NCBI GenBank assembly: GCA_045580085.1
Contig: JAZNND010000049.1
Location: 1,144-65,143 of the forward strand
Reading direction: 5' to 3'
From: Eubacteriales bacterium
GTDB lineage: Bacteria; Bacillota; Clostridia; Oscillospirales; CAG-272
DNA: 64,000 bases
The translations under genes were made by a program, and so were the position numbers. Below, one piece after another: positions 28,123 to 37,363 of the stretch; positions within the stretch are counted from its first letter, which is position 1; each line of letters begins with the position of its first letter. The notes under the pieces were generated by a model. The model saw nothing but the letters and a program-made list of their open reading frames with translations. It ran no database searches and had not been told where the DNA came from.

Positions 28123-28147
28123 TACCACATAATCACTATTATGTAGT
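28123..28147. repeat. right inverted repeat (IRR) of candidate invertible switch
   Basis: TACCACATAATCACTATTATGTAGT is the reverse complement of IRL with one mismatch (A at 28145 where G is expected). Its central CACT is inverted relative to the AGTG of IRL. Confidence 0.85.
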
Positions 28148-28251
28148 GTTTTCCGAGAGTGGTTGATTCGAAAATATGAAAATAAGACTTATGTGAATGT
28201 GCATCACATTTGCATCAAGGGTATCATATAAAACTCAAAAGGAGAAAAGAC

Positions 28252-28338
28252 ATGAAAAAAATTATTTCGGGCTTTCTGGCAGTTTTAATGGCGGTTATGG
28301 TTTTTCCGTTTGCCGCATTGCCGTTAGACGCTTCTGCG
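28252..28338 (+). other. Sec signal peptide of giant protein (no lipobox Cys)
   Basis: KK n-region, hydrophobic core, and an ASA-A cleavage-type site at residues 27-30. Confidence 0.7.
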
Positions 28339-31300
28339 GCTGAAGCGGACACTGCTTCGCAAAATGCGCGTAGTGCAAATTATGCCGCGCAAGCGACTTC
28401 AGCAGAGGGGGAACCGATTGACGTATGGGACGGCACGGTTGCATCCGGTTTTGAGTACGGAAGCGGTACGGAAGAAGATCCTTATATCATCGCCACCGCG
28501 GAGCAGTTGGCATATTTATCAAAAATATCTGCTTCTAATTATTGCTGGGACTATTACTCTTTGGCGACCAGCATAGATTTGAATGGAAAAACATGGACTC
28601 CAATTCAAAATTTTTGTGGTTTTTTTGAAGGGAATGGCTATACTATTAGAGGCCTTTCTGTTTTAGAACCTATAAACGGAACTGTGGGACTTTTTTCTAC
28701 TTTGGGTTGCTACCTTCATATCGATGGTGGCAATGCAGGTACTGTAATCCAACCATGCGAGATTAGCAATCTGACGATTGAAATAAGCAGTATTAGAATC
28801 GCATATGATTGTTTGGATGTAGGTGGTTTAGTAGGAACAATGTATTGTGGAACGGTGAAAAATGTTTCTGTGTTTGGCGATATAAGCATTAGTAGTACAT
28901 CTGTAAATGTCGGGGGATTGGTTGGCAACTTTACAATTCCAAGTGATGCGCGTGGCAGTACTTATAGAGATATAATAGATTCTTCTTATTCGGGAAACAT
29001 TTCTGCAAGTGCAACGGGAAGCAGTGCAGGAGGAATTTGTGGCCTAATTTCCAATGCCAATATGAATACGTGTAGGTCAGCCGGAACTATTCAAGCAGAT
29101 TGTTCTGGTGGCCTTTGCGGCACAGCTACAGATTGTCTGGTGCTTAATTCGTATTCTAAAGCTACAATATATGGAAGAGGGGGTTTTTCTCCCAAAAGCG
29201 GTGGCTTATTTGGGGTAACTGAGAATTCTTATATTAGGAATTGCTATGCTTCAGGAGATATCAATGTTATTGCCGTTTGGGATTCAGTTGTATGGGCAGG
29301 CGGGGTGATTGGAGAAAGTAAAAAAGGAAGTGTGGAAAACAGCTTTTCTTTCAATAATTCTGTTTGGGGTGTAATAGAAAGTACAGCACAATCAACGGTC
29401 CGTGAAGCGAAAGTGGGAAAATTAATTGGAGACTCTTCCAATACATCCATTTCCTATTCTTATGTAAAAAGTAATACATCAATTCAACGTTCCGGACATC
29501 AAGTACATGATAATGGATGCAAGGATGATACGTATAGCCATCCTACCTTGACGACTCCTTCCAATCAAGTGGAAACAGGAACGATTTCTTCTGTTACTAA
29601 TGCCTTCATTTTCTCCACCCTTGGTTGGGATCGCTCTGTTTGGGCTCTTGACTCGGGCGAGTTGCCGCATTTGAAATGGGAAGATAAGCTTGGTTGCACC
29701 ACTCGCTTTATCAAGGACGGAAAAGTAATCGGCGTTGAATACAAAGAAGTAGATTACGGCGCAACCTATACGTGCAAAGCCGATCCCATTACCGGATACA
29801 ACGCCGGAGAAATCAATACCAAGGTCTACGCAGATAATAGTTTTTACACCATTGAATATACACCGAAAAACGATTGCAAATTGACGGTCGTGTGCAAGTC
29901 AACTACTACCGATAAAGTAATTGATGAAAAAGTTTTTACAAAAGGTGTATTTGACAAAGATTATACAATTAGTGCCGATCAACTGAATGTTACGGGATAT
30001 GAACGCGAGAATACCGCTGTCACCGTTACCATGACAGCGACCGAAAAAACGGTGGATGTTTATTTTACGCCGGTTGAGTCCGAGATTATAGTAACGCATG
30101 TGTACTATGACAAAGATGGAAACGTAGAAAGCCGCGAAACGGATCCTGTCCGTAAAATAAAATATGATGAGACAGTGACCGTATACCCTCGTACAAGAGA
30201 GGGCTACACGACATCGCAGGAGTCAATTGAAATTTCAGGTCAAACGGCATATAACGGCGGAACGCGCAAGTATGAAAGAGAATTTTATTATAATACCAAA
30301 ATTGTTACATATACGATCAAGTTCGTGGATGAAAACGGCACAGAAATAAGAGAGCATGAAGTAATTGAGCAGATAGAGGGCGAAAGGATTGAGCTTACCG
30401 CCGATACTGCGCCAAAAATCGAAGGATATTCTCTTGATGCTGACTCCCTTTTTGCAGAAAAGGCGATGGAGAACACCACGAAAACAATTAGGTATACTCA
30501 CAATAAATATGACGTTTATATCGAGTACGTGGTGGTGGATTACGATGGTAACGAGGATAAGTTCTGTTCGGATCCTGTAGCAACGGATGTTCCTTACGGT
30601 GACACAATAGAGGTTGCTTTAGATGATAAATATAGTAATTTGAACGGCTTTAATGGTAAAATAAAAATTACGCTTAATAAGTCCGAAGTTTTGTATCAAG
30701 AAAATGGCGGGCATTATGAGAAAGTGGTGCTGACTGACGAAGGGTGCATTGTTACCGTGGAAACACAGTATGAAGATGATGCCGATGCTACCACAGTATC
30801 TAAACCAGAGGTGGTTCACCACGGCGGACAAGTTCTGATTGAGCCTTCTGCCAAAGAGTTTTATACCGTTTATTTGTATGAAAAGCGCGAGAATGGTAGT
30901 TTGATTCAAGTAGGGCCTTGCGGCGAAGGCGTTTTGATCACCGATATCCAAAGCAATCGCTATTTTGTGGTGAAATATCAAAGAAATACCATTGCCTCAG
31001 GTGTGTGCGGCGATTTTATGCTTTGGACTCTCTATGAGGGAAATAATCTTTTGAAGATTAAGGGTACCGGTGACATGTATGATTATGCACAAGGAGAAGC
31101 TCCTTGGTATAATTATGCGGAAGAAATTTATGAGGTTCAAATTGCAGACGGTGCAACCTCCATCGGTTCTTATGCGTTTGACGGATGCGTAAATCTCACC
31201 AAGCTTCAAATCGGTGACAGTGTAACGAGTATTGGTTCACGCGCTTTGGAAGGCTGTTCGTCACTCCGCACATTAAGCCTCCCTGCGTCTTTGCAAAAAG

Positions 31301-34300
31301 TAGGAACCGCAGCCTTTGCCGGTTGTGCTCAATTAGAGGCGTTCACGCTTTCTTCGGATAATACATCGTTCGTATTGGATGGCGGTGCGCTTTATCACCT
31401 TGAAAGCAAAGCGCTGATCGCTTATCCGGCATCTCGAACGGGCTCGCTCTTCACGCTTCGAGAAGGGATCGTGGCGATAGCACCCTATGCTTTTTACGGT
31501 AATAAAAGAATTTCTTTTTTGAAGATCCCGCAACCTGTTCTCAAGGAGGACGGAAAGCCAACCTTTGAGTCCTTAAAAACCATCGGTGCGTATGCTTTTG
31601 CAAACAGCTACTTGAATACACTGGAACTTCCGTCTTCCGTAACGGAAATTGAGGAATATGCTTTTGCCGATGCTTATTGTACGAAGATCATCATTTATGG
31701 TGATTTGAGCTCCGTCGGAGACGGTGCTTTCAGTACAAAATGGTACAGCAATTTAAAAATCTATTTCAAGGGCAATGCGCCACTTAGCGTTGGTGAAAAG
31801 ATTTTCGGCGAAGCCAATGAAAAAATTTGCATCTACTATGCTTCCAATAATACCACTTGGCAAGATCAGATCACATATGATACCGTAGATTTAATGAAAT
31901 ATCCTTACTGGAATGATTATTTGGCATACGGTCACAGTAATATGGCGAGCGTTTCCGTTTATAACAGCGGAAATGAAAGCATATATGCCATTTTCGTCAT
32001 GTGCGACAAAACTCCGATTGAAGGTGTGAAGGTCTCCTTCGGTTCCGCCGATCCCAAAGTGACGGATGCAGACGGATTTGTATATTTCACCCATACAAGC
32101 ACAGTCACACAGGTTACTCTATCCGTACAAAAGGAAAATTATTATAGCATATACGACGTTTCATGTACGTACAATTTAAAATCGTTGGGCGTGGATTATA
32201 TCGATCTTGATACAAATTCCTCCGTCAAAGGAATTTCCAGTTTCGGCAATGATATTGCTAACGATACACAGAGCATCAACAACAAATACGACGGAACCAT
32301 TCCGATTTTGGTCAAAGGTGACACGGAGTTTGAGATCACAGCCATGCACTTGGTACAATGGGTATACGATGCCCAAAATCCTTCTTCCGAGCCAATCAAG
32401 AAGGTTCTTCAAACGGTGAAAGCCGGGGATCGTGATCTGGATGCGGATGGATACTGTTTGTTTAAAGTGGAGGCATCCGCATTTTCCTACAAGAAAAATG
32501 AGAATTTGCCGATTGCTGTGGTAATGGAAACAACATCCGGTGAAGAGCCTGTTGTAGAGTTTTTGAACTTAGAGGTTATCTCTGTTTCTTTGGAAATCAG
32601 TTTTGATGATTTGTTCGGTGATGCTAAACCGATATCGTTAGGGGACCTCGGACTTGATTTTTTGGGCGGCGTTTCGATTGATCTTGAAGAAGAAACAGAA
32701 TCAAGCAAGCTGAAGTTTAAAATCGTAAATGATGAAATTTACATTACTTATGATGTGGATTCCGACAAGATCTGGAAAGGTATCGATGCTTTTGAGGATA
32801 ATGTAATGTCTTTGACAGGTTCCGATCATCGGAAACTCAGCGAAATCGTTGAAAGTGCCAACACGCGCGGCAATCAATTTTTGAAAGAGGCGGCGGAGGG
32901 TACGAATAAACGGATGCAAAGGATGGGGGCATCGAGTAAAGTAAACAGCAATTTTTCCATTGAACCTATCTTGAGTGCAGGTATTGCGATCAAACTGACG
33001 AATGACGGCATAAGATCAATACGTACGGAAATGAAGCTCGGCGTTGCTTTTGGAGCTGAATGGAATGCTAATATTACGGTTGTATACGTTCCCATCACAT
33101 TCGGTGCGGAAATAAAGCTTGAGGCATTGGTTGATGTCCCCGATTTGGAGTATGATTTTTCCAAAAAGAAGCTTGGCTTTTCCGACAGCTTTTCGCTTGA
33201 ACTCGGCGGCTCGGTGAAAGTAAATGCCGGGCTCGGCTTCTCCTATCCCGTTGCTGCGGCACATTTAGGCTTTTATGGCAAATGCAGTGCAAAAGTTGAG
33301 ATAGCTCTCGGCAAAACAACTTATTTTGAATATTTGATGCTTTCCGGAGAGCTTGGTGTTTATATTAAACTTAAAGTCGGACCGTTTTCAGTCTTGGATG
33401 AAGAGTATGCACTTCTAAAAGGAAAATATGAGAAGTGGTATACCGAGAACGGCGTCTTAGTGCCGCGTGAACAGATTATGCTATTATCCGAGGATGATCC
33501 GTCAGGTGCTTTTGGAACCTATAATGGCATAGCAATCTATGACCTGTCATCTTACAGTCTTAGAAATTCTACAGCTGAACTCGATCTTGACGATGTGGAA
33601 TGGGGAGAAGAATTCGGCTTGACGGTGGAAAACAATACCTACGTTTATGCGGAACCGCAAATAATCGATTGCAACGGCATTTACGTGGCAGTATATATGG
33701 CACAAGCGGAAGAGCGCGCCGCGGCTGATGCTCAATGCTTGATGTACCGTATATACGATGCGAAAACAGAAACATGGTCGGAAGCTTCTCTCTTGGAAAA
33801 CGACGGCATGAGCGATTCGACTTTTTCTGCAAAATTCCATAACGGGAAATTGTATATCGCTTATGCGCATGCCAACAAAGTGATTGGTGAAGTTTCCGAA
33901 GAGAATGAGACCGAAGCCATCATTGATATGGCGAGAGCGCAAGACATTGCCATTTGTGTTTTGAATCCGCAAACAGGAACGGTGGAGAATATCACTGCTA
34001 TTTCCTCCGATGATGTTTATGAATTTTTGCCCGTTTTGCAGGAAGTGAACGGAACGCTTTATTTGGCGTGGATGTCGAATGATAAAGCAGATGCCCATTC
34101 CGTTTTCGGTATGAACACGAACAACAGTATTTGGGTAAGTACGCTTTCCGGCGGCGCATGGAGTGCACCTAACTGCTTGTTGTCGGATTGCAACCCAATT
34201 GCCGAAATGACACTTGGAAGCTATCAAAACCAACCTTACATCGCGATGATCTTGGATGACGATGCCGATTATTATACCTCACTTGACAGGAACGTATATC

Positions 34301-37300
34301 TTTTAGACACGGAAGGCAATGTGACATTCATCGATTGCGGCGGTATGGGACTTATCTCCTTGCAAAGTGCGGTGGTGGATGGAGAAGAAACATTTGCTTT
34401 CCACAGCAAAGGAAATATTCTCTATATGGATTCTAAAGGTGAATTTTCGGCATGGTACAGTGGAGCGCATGGTGCCGGCATTGATTACAAGCTTCTTTCT
34501 TTAACGGAAGACATCACCATGCTTTTGTGGAGTGAAGCTTCTTTGGAGAATGAGAAGGGGGAATCCATCTCAAAGGTTTATTTTGTACTGCATGAAGACG
34601 GTGGCGAATGGGGAGATGTGAGAGAACTCTTGACGGCATCCCAAAATATGATTTCGTTCGCTGCTACAGCCAACAACGGTGATGTTCAGGTAATCTATGT
34701 CTCGGCACTCATTCAGTCAGCTGAAAATGAGCTTATCATGCTTGGAAACATGTATTCCGATTTCTTTGATATGGATTACAGTTTCTTAGTAGAGGCAACG
34801 GATTTGGTATACAATTCCGAGGCGAACACGATTTCTTCCAAAGCAACGGTCATTAACACCGGTGTAAAAGAGATCAAACGGCTTGCCGGCATGGTTGCAG
34901 TGCTTGATTCTCAAAGCACTGTACGAAAGGTAAAGAAGTATTATCCCATCGGTCTTTATGATGTTAGTATTGGTTACGGTGAAACCGACAGCTGGGATAT
35001 GACTGCTGTTTTGCATCCGGATTGGGTGCAAAGTGAATGCGAGGTCGTCTTTACTGTTTTTGAGGGAAATGAAGAGGATTATCTTGCATATGTTGAACTT
35101 TTGAATCAAGCCATCGAAAACGGCGAAAGTGGCGAAAATATGGGAAGCAGCAGTAGCGGTAGTATCACGGATAAGAATGAAACAAACGGGATGCCGGCAA
35201 CTGCAAATAATGATTTTTATATCAACGGCGAACATATTATCGTTGGCGAAGCCGAATACTTATCGCTTAAGGTAGGAAAAAGCGGTAATGGGATGATGGG
35301 AATGGGTGAAAATGTTTTGAAGGTCTATAAAATCCATGAAGACGGCAAGGAGTTGATTTACAGCGAAAAAATTACGATACATGATGCTCGCCAAATGCAA
35401 TACTTCTTGGTAGAACTGCAAAAAGATTTTTACAGCGAAACAGATGCAGTTTTCGAATGCGTCATCGAGATTAGCAACACTGAGGATGTTGATTTGAGCA
35501 ATAATGTAGTGAGCATCCATGCGGAAAAGCCCGAAAATGCGGCACCAACCCTGTACGATAAAACGGCAATCGCGGCTGAGCTTTCGGCGTATTTCGGAAC
35601 CTTCGATAAATTCAAAGGGGAAGATTTGACTTTGGATATCACCCCCAACGGAAACGGCATATACGGTGTCACGGAGTCGGAGGGCGTGGTTAACAAGGTG
35701 GGTACCGTGGAAGAAAACGGGGTTCTCCATGCTACGGTTTCCGCAGAACAGCTTTCTCAGCTGTCTCTCGGTGAGCATGAGCTTCGTTTCCTGTTTAGCA
35801 CAAAGAACGGCTTTATTGATTGCGTTTTCAATCTCACCGTGATAGATAGCACTCCGATTCCCGTAGAGGGCACCGTTTCGATTCTTGGAACGCCTTCTCG
35901 CGGCAATAGGGTAACAGCGGATATATCCGGAGTCAGCACAAAAGAATTGACATATGAATGGATTATCAATGGAGAAGTGCTTTCAACGGAAAGTAGCTAT
36001 CAGATCACCAATAAAGATCTAGGCAAGGAACTTGTTGTTCGCGTTAGCGGTACCGGTTTTCATCAAGGCACTTTACAAAGCACCCCTGTTTATGTAGAAA
36101 AGCTACCGAGAACCTTGGGTGCTTTGAAAATCTCTTCTGCCATGGATTCTTCTGTTTCTTTGAAAAACATGTTCTATGTCGGTGACGGTGAAATCTATTA
36201 CGGATATTCGCAAGCGAACGATCCTTATGCGGTAACTAATTGGCAAGAGAGTACAAGCTTTGTGCTTCCTGAGGTAGGACAATACTTCTTCTTCGCTAAG
36301 GTTGCCGACAGTGCGACGTATCAAGATTCTTATACCGAAGGACTCTCGTATTCGTATCATAATGACAGCGGTCTGACCGTTGCCGGCTCTACCTTGTCCA
36401 TTCAAAGCGATATTACGATCAATTATTATGTTGATGCTTCCTTCTTGGAAACATATGATAATGTGTATATGGTATTTGCGCACACGAAGCATTTGAATGG
36501 TGGTGGAACGATTGATACGTTTGAAACGATTACCAATTATACCATTCGTCAAAGCGGAAAGTATATTGTTTTCTCTTATGAGGGAATTGCCGCAAAAGAG
36601 ATGGGCGATATGATTCGCGCTGTTGTATATGCGGAAAATGGCGAAACTTTGTATTGCGGTCCCACCGATTATTACAGCGTTTCCGCCTATGCATACAATA
36701 GAATTCAAAATTCTGCGGATGAGAAGATGGTGACTTTGGCAATTGATATCTTAAATTACGGAGCGAGTGCACAGATTTACTTTGGATACAATGAAAAGAA
36801 TCTTGTGAACAGCGAGTTGACACAAGAGCAAAAAGATTACGTAAAAGACGAAGTGCTTGTGGATAATGTTAAAGAATATATTCCCGGTGCGAATGCAAAT
36901 GTAGTGTTTGCAGGTTCTGCATTGCTCTTGGAGGAAAAAGTAGCCATTAAATACTATTTTAATGCCGAAGAATACCTGAAAACGCATTCGGATTTGAGTG
37001 ATCTCCAACTTGTGATTACCTTTGCGGACCAAACCGTTGTTATTCAAGGTGATGCCTTCGTTCATTCTGAGAAGAGTATTTATTATGCGGTTCTGGATGA
37101 ATTGGCAGCAAAGGATATGCGTGTAATATGTCGCGCAACGTTCTATTCCGATTACATGGGTGCGAGTGAGATTGAGCAAAGTGAAACGATGGTTTACAGT
37201 GTTGAGTCTTATGCGTACAGCATGCAAAACAGCACAAATGCGAATATGGTATCGCTAGTAAATGCGATGATGATTTACGGTGATGCCGCAAAGGATTATA

Positions 37301-37308
37301 TAGGATAA
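28252..37308 (+). CDS. giant secreted surface/adhesin-like protein (3018 aa): signal peptide, GLUG repeats, MucBP-like repeats, BspA-type LRR, large uncharacterised C-terminal part
   Basis: One uninterrupted ORF. I preferred the ATG at 28252 (AAAAGGAGAAAAGAC-ATG) to the TTG at 28210. The N-terminus MKKIISGFLAVLMAVMVFPFAALPLDASA/AEA is a Sec signal peptide. See the sub-features below. Confidence 0.9.
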   Translation: MKKIISGFLAVLMAVMVFPFAALPLDASAAEADTASQNARSANYAAQATSAEGEPIDVWDGTVASGFEYGSGTEEDPYIIATAEQLAYLSKISASNYCWDYYSLATSIDLNGKTWTPIQNFCGFFEGNGYTIRGLSVLEPINGTVGLFSTLGCYLHIDGGNAGTVIQPCEISNLTIEISSIRIAYDCLDVGGLVGTMYCGTVKNVSVFGDISISSTSVNVGGLVGNFTIPSDARGSTYRDIIDSSYSGNISASATGSSAGGICGLISNANMNTCRSAGTIQADCSGGLCGTATDCLVLNSYSKATIYGRGGFSPKSGGLFGVTENSYIRNCYASGDINVIAVWDSVVWAGGVIGESKKGSVENSFSFNNSVWGVIESTAQSTVREAKVGKLIGDSSNTSISYSYVKSNTSIQRSGHQVHDNGCKDDTYSHPTLTTPSNQVETGTISSVTNAFIFSTLGWDRSVWALDSGELPHLKWEDKLGCTTRFIKDGKVIGVEYKEVDYGATYTCKADPITGYNAGEINTKVYADNSFYTIEYTPKNDCKLTVVCKSTTTDKVIDEKVFTKGVFDKDYTISADQLNVTGYERENTAVTVTMTATEKTVDVYFTPVESEIIVTHVYYDKDGNVESRETDPVRKIKYDETVTVYPRTREGYTTSQESIEISGQTAYNGGTRKYEREFYYNTKIVTYTIKFVDENGTEIREHEVIEQIEGERIELTADTAPKIEGYSLDADSLFAEKAMENTTKTIRYTHNKYDVYIEYVVVDYDGNEDKFCSDPVATDVPYGDTIEVALDDKYSNLNGFNGKIKITLNKSEVLYQENGGHYEKVVLTDEGCIVTVETQYEDDADATTVSKPEVVHHGGQVLIEPSAKEFYTVYLYEKRENGSLIQVGPCGEGVLITDIQSNRYFVVKYQRNTIASGVCGDFMLWTLYEGNNLLKIKGTGDMYDYAQGEAPWYNYAEEIYEVQIADGATSIGSYAFDGCVNLTKLQIGDSVTSIGSRALEGCSSLRTLSLPASLQKVGTAAFAGCAQLEAFTLSSDNTSFVLDGGALYHLESKALIAYPASRTGSLFTLREGIVAIAPYAFYGNKRISFLKIPQPVLKEDGKPTFESLKTIGAYAFANSYLNTLELPSSVTEIEEYAFADAYCTKIIIYGDLSSVGDGAFSTKWYSNLKIYFKGNAPLSVGEKIFGEANEKICIYYASNNTTWQDQITYDTVDLMKYPYWNDYLAYGHSNMASVSVYNSGNESIYAIFVMCDKTPIEGVKVSFGSADPKVTDADGFVYFTHTSTVTQVTLSVQKENYYSIYDVSCTYNLKSLGVDYIDLDTNSSVKGISSFGNDIANDTQSINNKYDGTIPILVKGDTEFEITAMHLVQWVYDAQNPSSEPIKKVLQTVKAGDRDLDADGYCLFKVEASAFSYKKNENLPIAVVMETTSGEEPVVEFLNLEVISVSLEISFDDLFGDAKPISLGDLGLDFLGGVSIDLEEETESSKLKFKIVNDEIYITYDVDSDKIWKGIDAFEDNVMSLTGSDHRKLSEIVESANTRGNQFLKEAAEGTNKRMQRMGASSKVNSNFSIEPILSAGIAIKLTNDGIRSIRTEMKLGVAFGAEWNANITVVYVPITFGAEIKLEALVDVPDLEYDFSKKKLGFSDSFSLELGGSVKVNAGLGFSYPVAAAHLGFYGKCSAKVEIALGKTTYFEYLMLSGELGVYIKLKVGPFSVLDEEYALLKGKYEKWYTENGVLVPREQIMLLSEDDPSGAFGTYNGIAIYDLSSYSLRNSTAELDLDDVEWGEEFGLTVENNTYVYAEPQIIDCNGIYVAVYMAQAEERAAADAQCLMYRIYDAKTETWSEASLLENDGMSDSTFSAKFHNGKLYIAYAHANKVIGEVSEENETEAIIDMARAQDIAICVLNPQTGTVENITAISSDDVYEFLPVLQEVNGTLYLAWMSNDKADAHSVFGMNTNNSIWVSTLSGGAWSAPNCLLSDCNPIAEMTLGSYQNQPYIAMILDDDADYYTSLDRNVYLLDTEGNVTFIDCGGMGLISLQSAVVDGEETFAFHSKGNILYMDSKGEFSAWYSGAHGAGIDYKLLSLTEDITMLLWSEASLENEKGESISKVYFVLHEDGGEWGDVRELLTASQNMISFAATANNGDVQVIYVSALIQSAENELIMLGNMYSDFFDMDYSFLVEATDLVYNSEANTISSKATVINTGVKEIKRLAGMVAVLDSQSTVRKVKKYYPIGLYDVSIGYGETDSWDMTAVLHPDWVQSECEVVFTVFEGNEEDYLAYVELLNQAIENGESGENMGSSSSGSITDKNETNGMPATANNDFYINGEHIIVGEAEYLSLKVGKSGNGMMGMGENVLKVYKIHEDGKELIYSEKITIHDARQMQYFLVELQKDFYSETDAVFECVIEISNTEDVDLSNNVVSIHAEKPENAAPTLYDKTAIAAELSAYFGTFDKFKGEDLTLDITPNGNGIYGVTESEGVVNKVGTVEENGVLHATVSAEQLSQLSLGEHELRFLFSTKNGFIDCVFNLTVIDSTPIPVEGTVSILGTPSRGNRVTADISGVSTKELTYEWIINGEVLSTESSYQITNKDLGKELVVRVSGTGFHQGTLQSTPVYVEKLPRTLGALKISSAMDSSVSLKNMFYVGDGEIYYGYSQANDPYAVTNWQESTSFVLPEVGQYFFFAKVADSATYQDSYTEGLSYSYHNDSGLTVAGSTLSIQSDITINYYVDASFLETYDNVYMVFAHTKHLNGGGTIDTFETITNYTIRQSGKYIVFSYEGIAAKEMGDMIRAVVYAENGETLYCGPTDYYSVSAYAYNRIQNSADEKMVTLAIDILNYGASAQIYFGYNEKNLVNSELTQEQKDYVKDEVLVDNVKEYIPGANANVVFAGSALLLEEKVAIKYYFNAEEYLKTHSDLSDLQLVITFADQTVVIQGDAFVHSEKSIYYAVLDELAAKDMRVICRATFYSDYMGASEIEQSETMVYSVESYAYSMQNSTNANMVSLVNAMMIYGDAAKDYIG
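28650..29450 (+). other. GLUG-motif repeat region of giant protein
   Basis: Recurrent G-G-[LIV]-x-G motifs about every 25-30 aa: VGGLVGTM, VGGLVGNF, AGGICGLI, SGGLCGTA, SGGLFGVT, AGGVIGES. Confidence 0.6.
29690..30850 (+). other. MucBP-like beta-repeat region of giant protein
   Basis: Four to five repeats of roughly 70-90 aa with the pattern x-V-x-Y..D..G..I........G......P.I.GY (for example YTIKFVDENGTEIREHEVIEQIEGERIELTADTAPKIEGYSLD). Confidence 0.5.
31000..31870 (+). other. BspA-type leucine-rich repeat (LRR_5-like) region of giant protein
   Basis: Repeating ...I.IGDSVTSIGSRALEGCSSLRTLSLPASLQKVGTAAFAGC..L... and TIGAYAFANSYLNTLELPSSVTEIEEYAFAD units. Confidence 0.7.
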
Positions 37309-37314
37309 AAAAGA

Positions 37315-37342
37315 GGAATGCCGTATACTTGTACGGCATTCC
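37315..37342 (+). terminator. stem-loop after giant gene (no T-run; possible attenuator/processing site)
   Basis: ggaatgccgta (37315-37325) pairs perfectly with tacggcattcc (37332-37342). It is followed by CGAACC rather than a U-tract. Confidence 0.4.
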
Positions 37343-37363
37343 CGAACCTAAAGGAATCTATGT

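Larger units (their letters stand above)
27916..28147. other. candidate invertible promoter element (inverton): 182-bp core between 25-bp inverted repeats
   Basis: IRL and IRR are reverse complements at 24 of 25 positions. The element encloses a consensus promoter and is flanked by the recombinase (left) and the giant surface-protein gene (right). Confidence 0.75.

Noticed and set aside
28094-28145. + strand promoter-like hexamers near the right end of the switch (TTGTCA at 28094; TTGGCA-17-TTATGT at 28117-28145)
   Set aside because: No acceptable -10 lies at the right spacing for TTGTCA, and TTATGT is a poor -10. These are not strong enough to argue that the present orientation is ON.
28210-28251. 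TTG-initiated 14-codon N-terminal extension of the giant ORF (MHQGYHIKLKRRKD)
   Set aside because: A strong SD (AAAAGGAG) lies inside the extension, positioned for the ATG at 28252. That ATG begins a canonical signal peptide.
28716-37339. Many 60-230-aa minus-strand ORFs inside the giant gene (e.g. 33547-34233, 36103-36708)
   Set aside because: They are embedded antisense in one uninterrupted 9-kb ORF with coherent domain repeats. I found no independent start signals.
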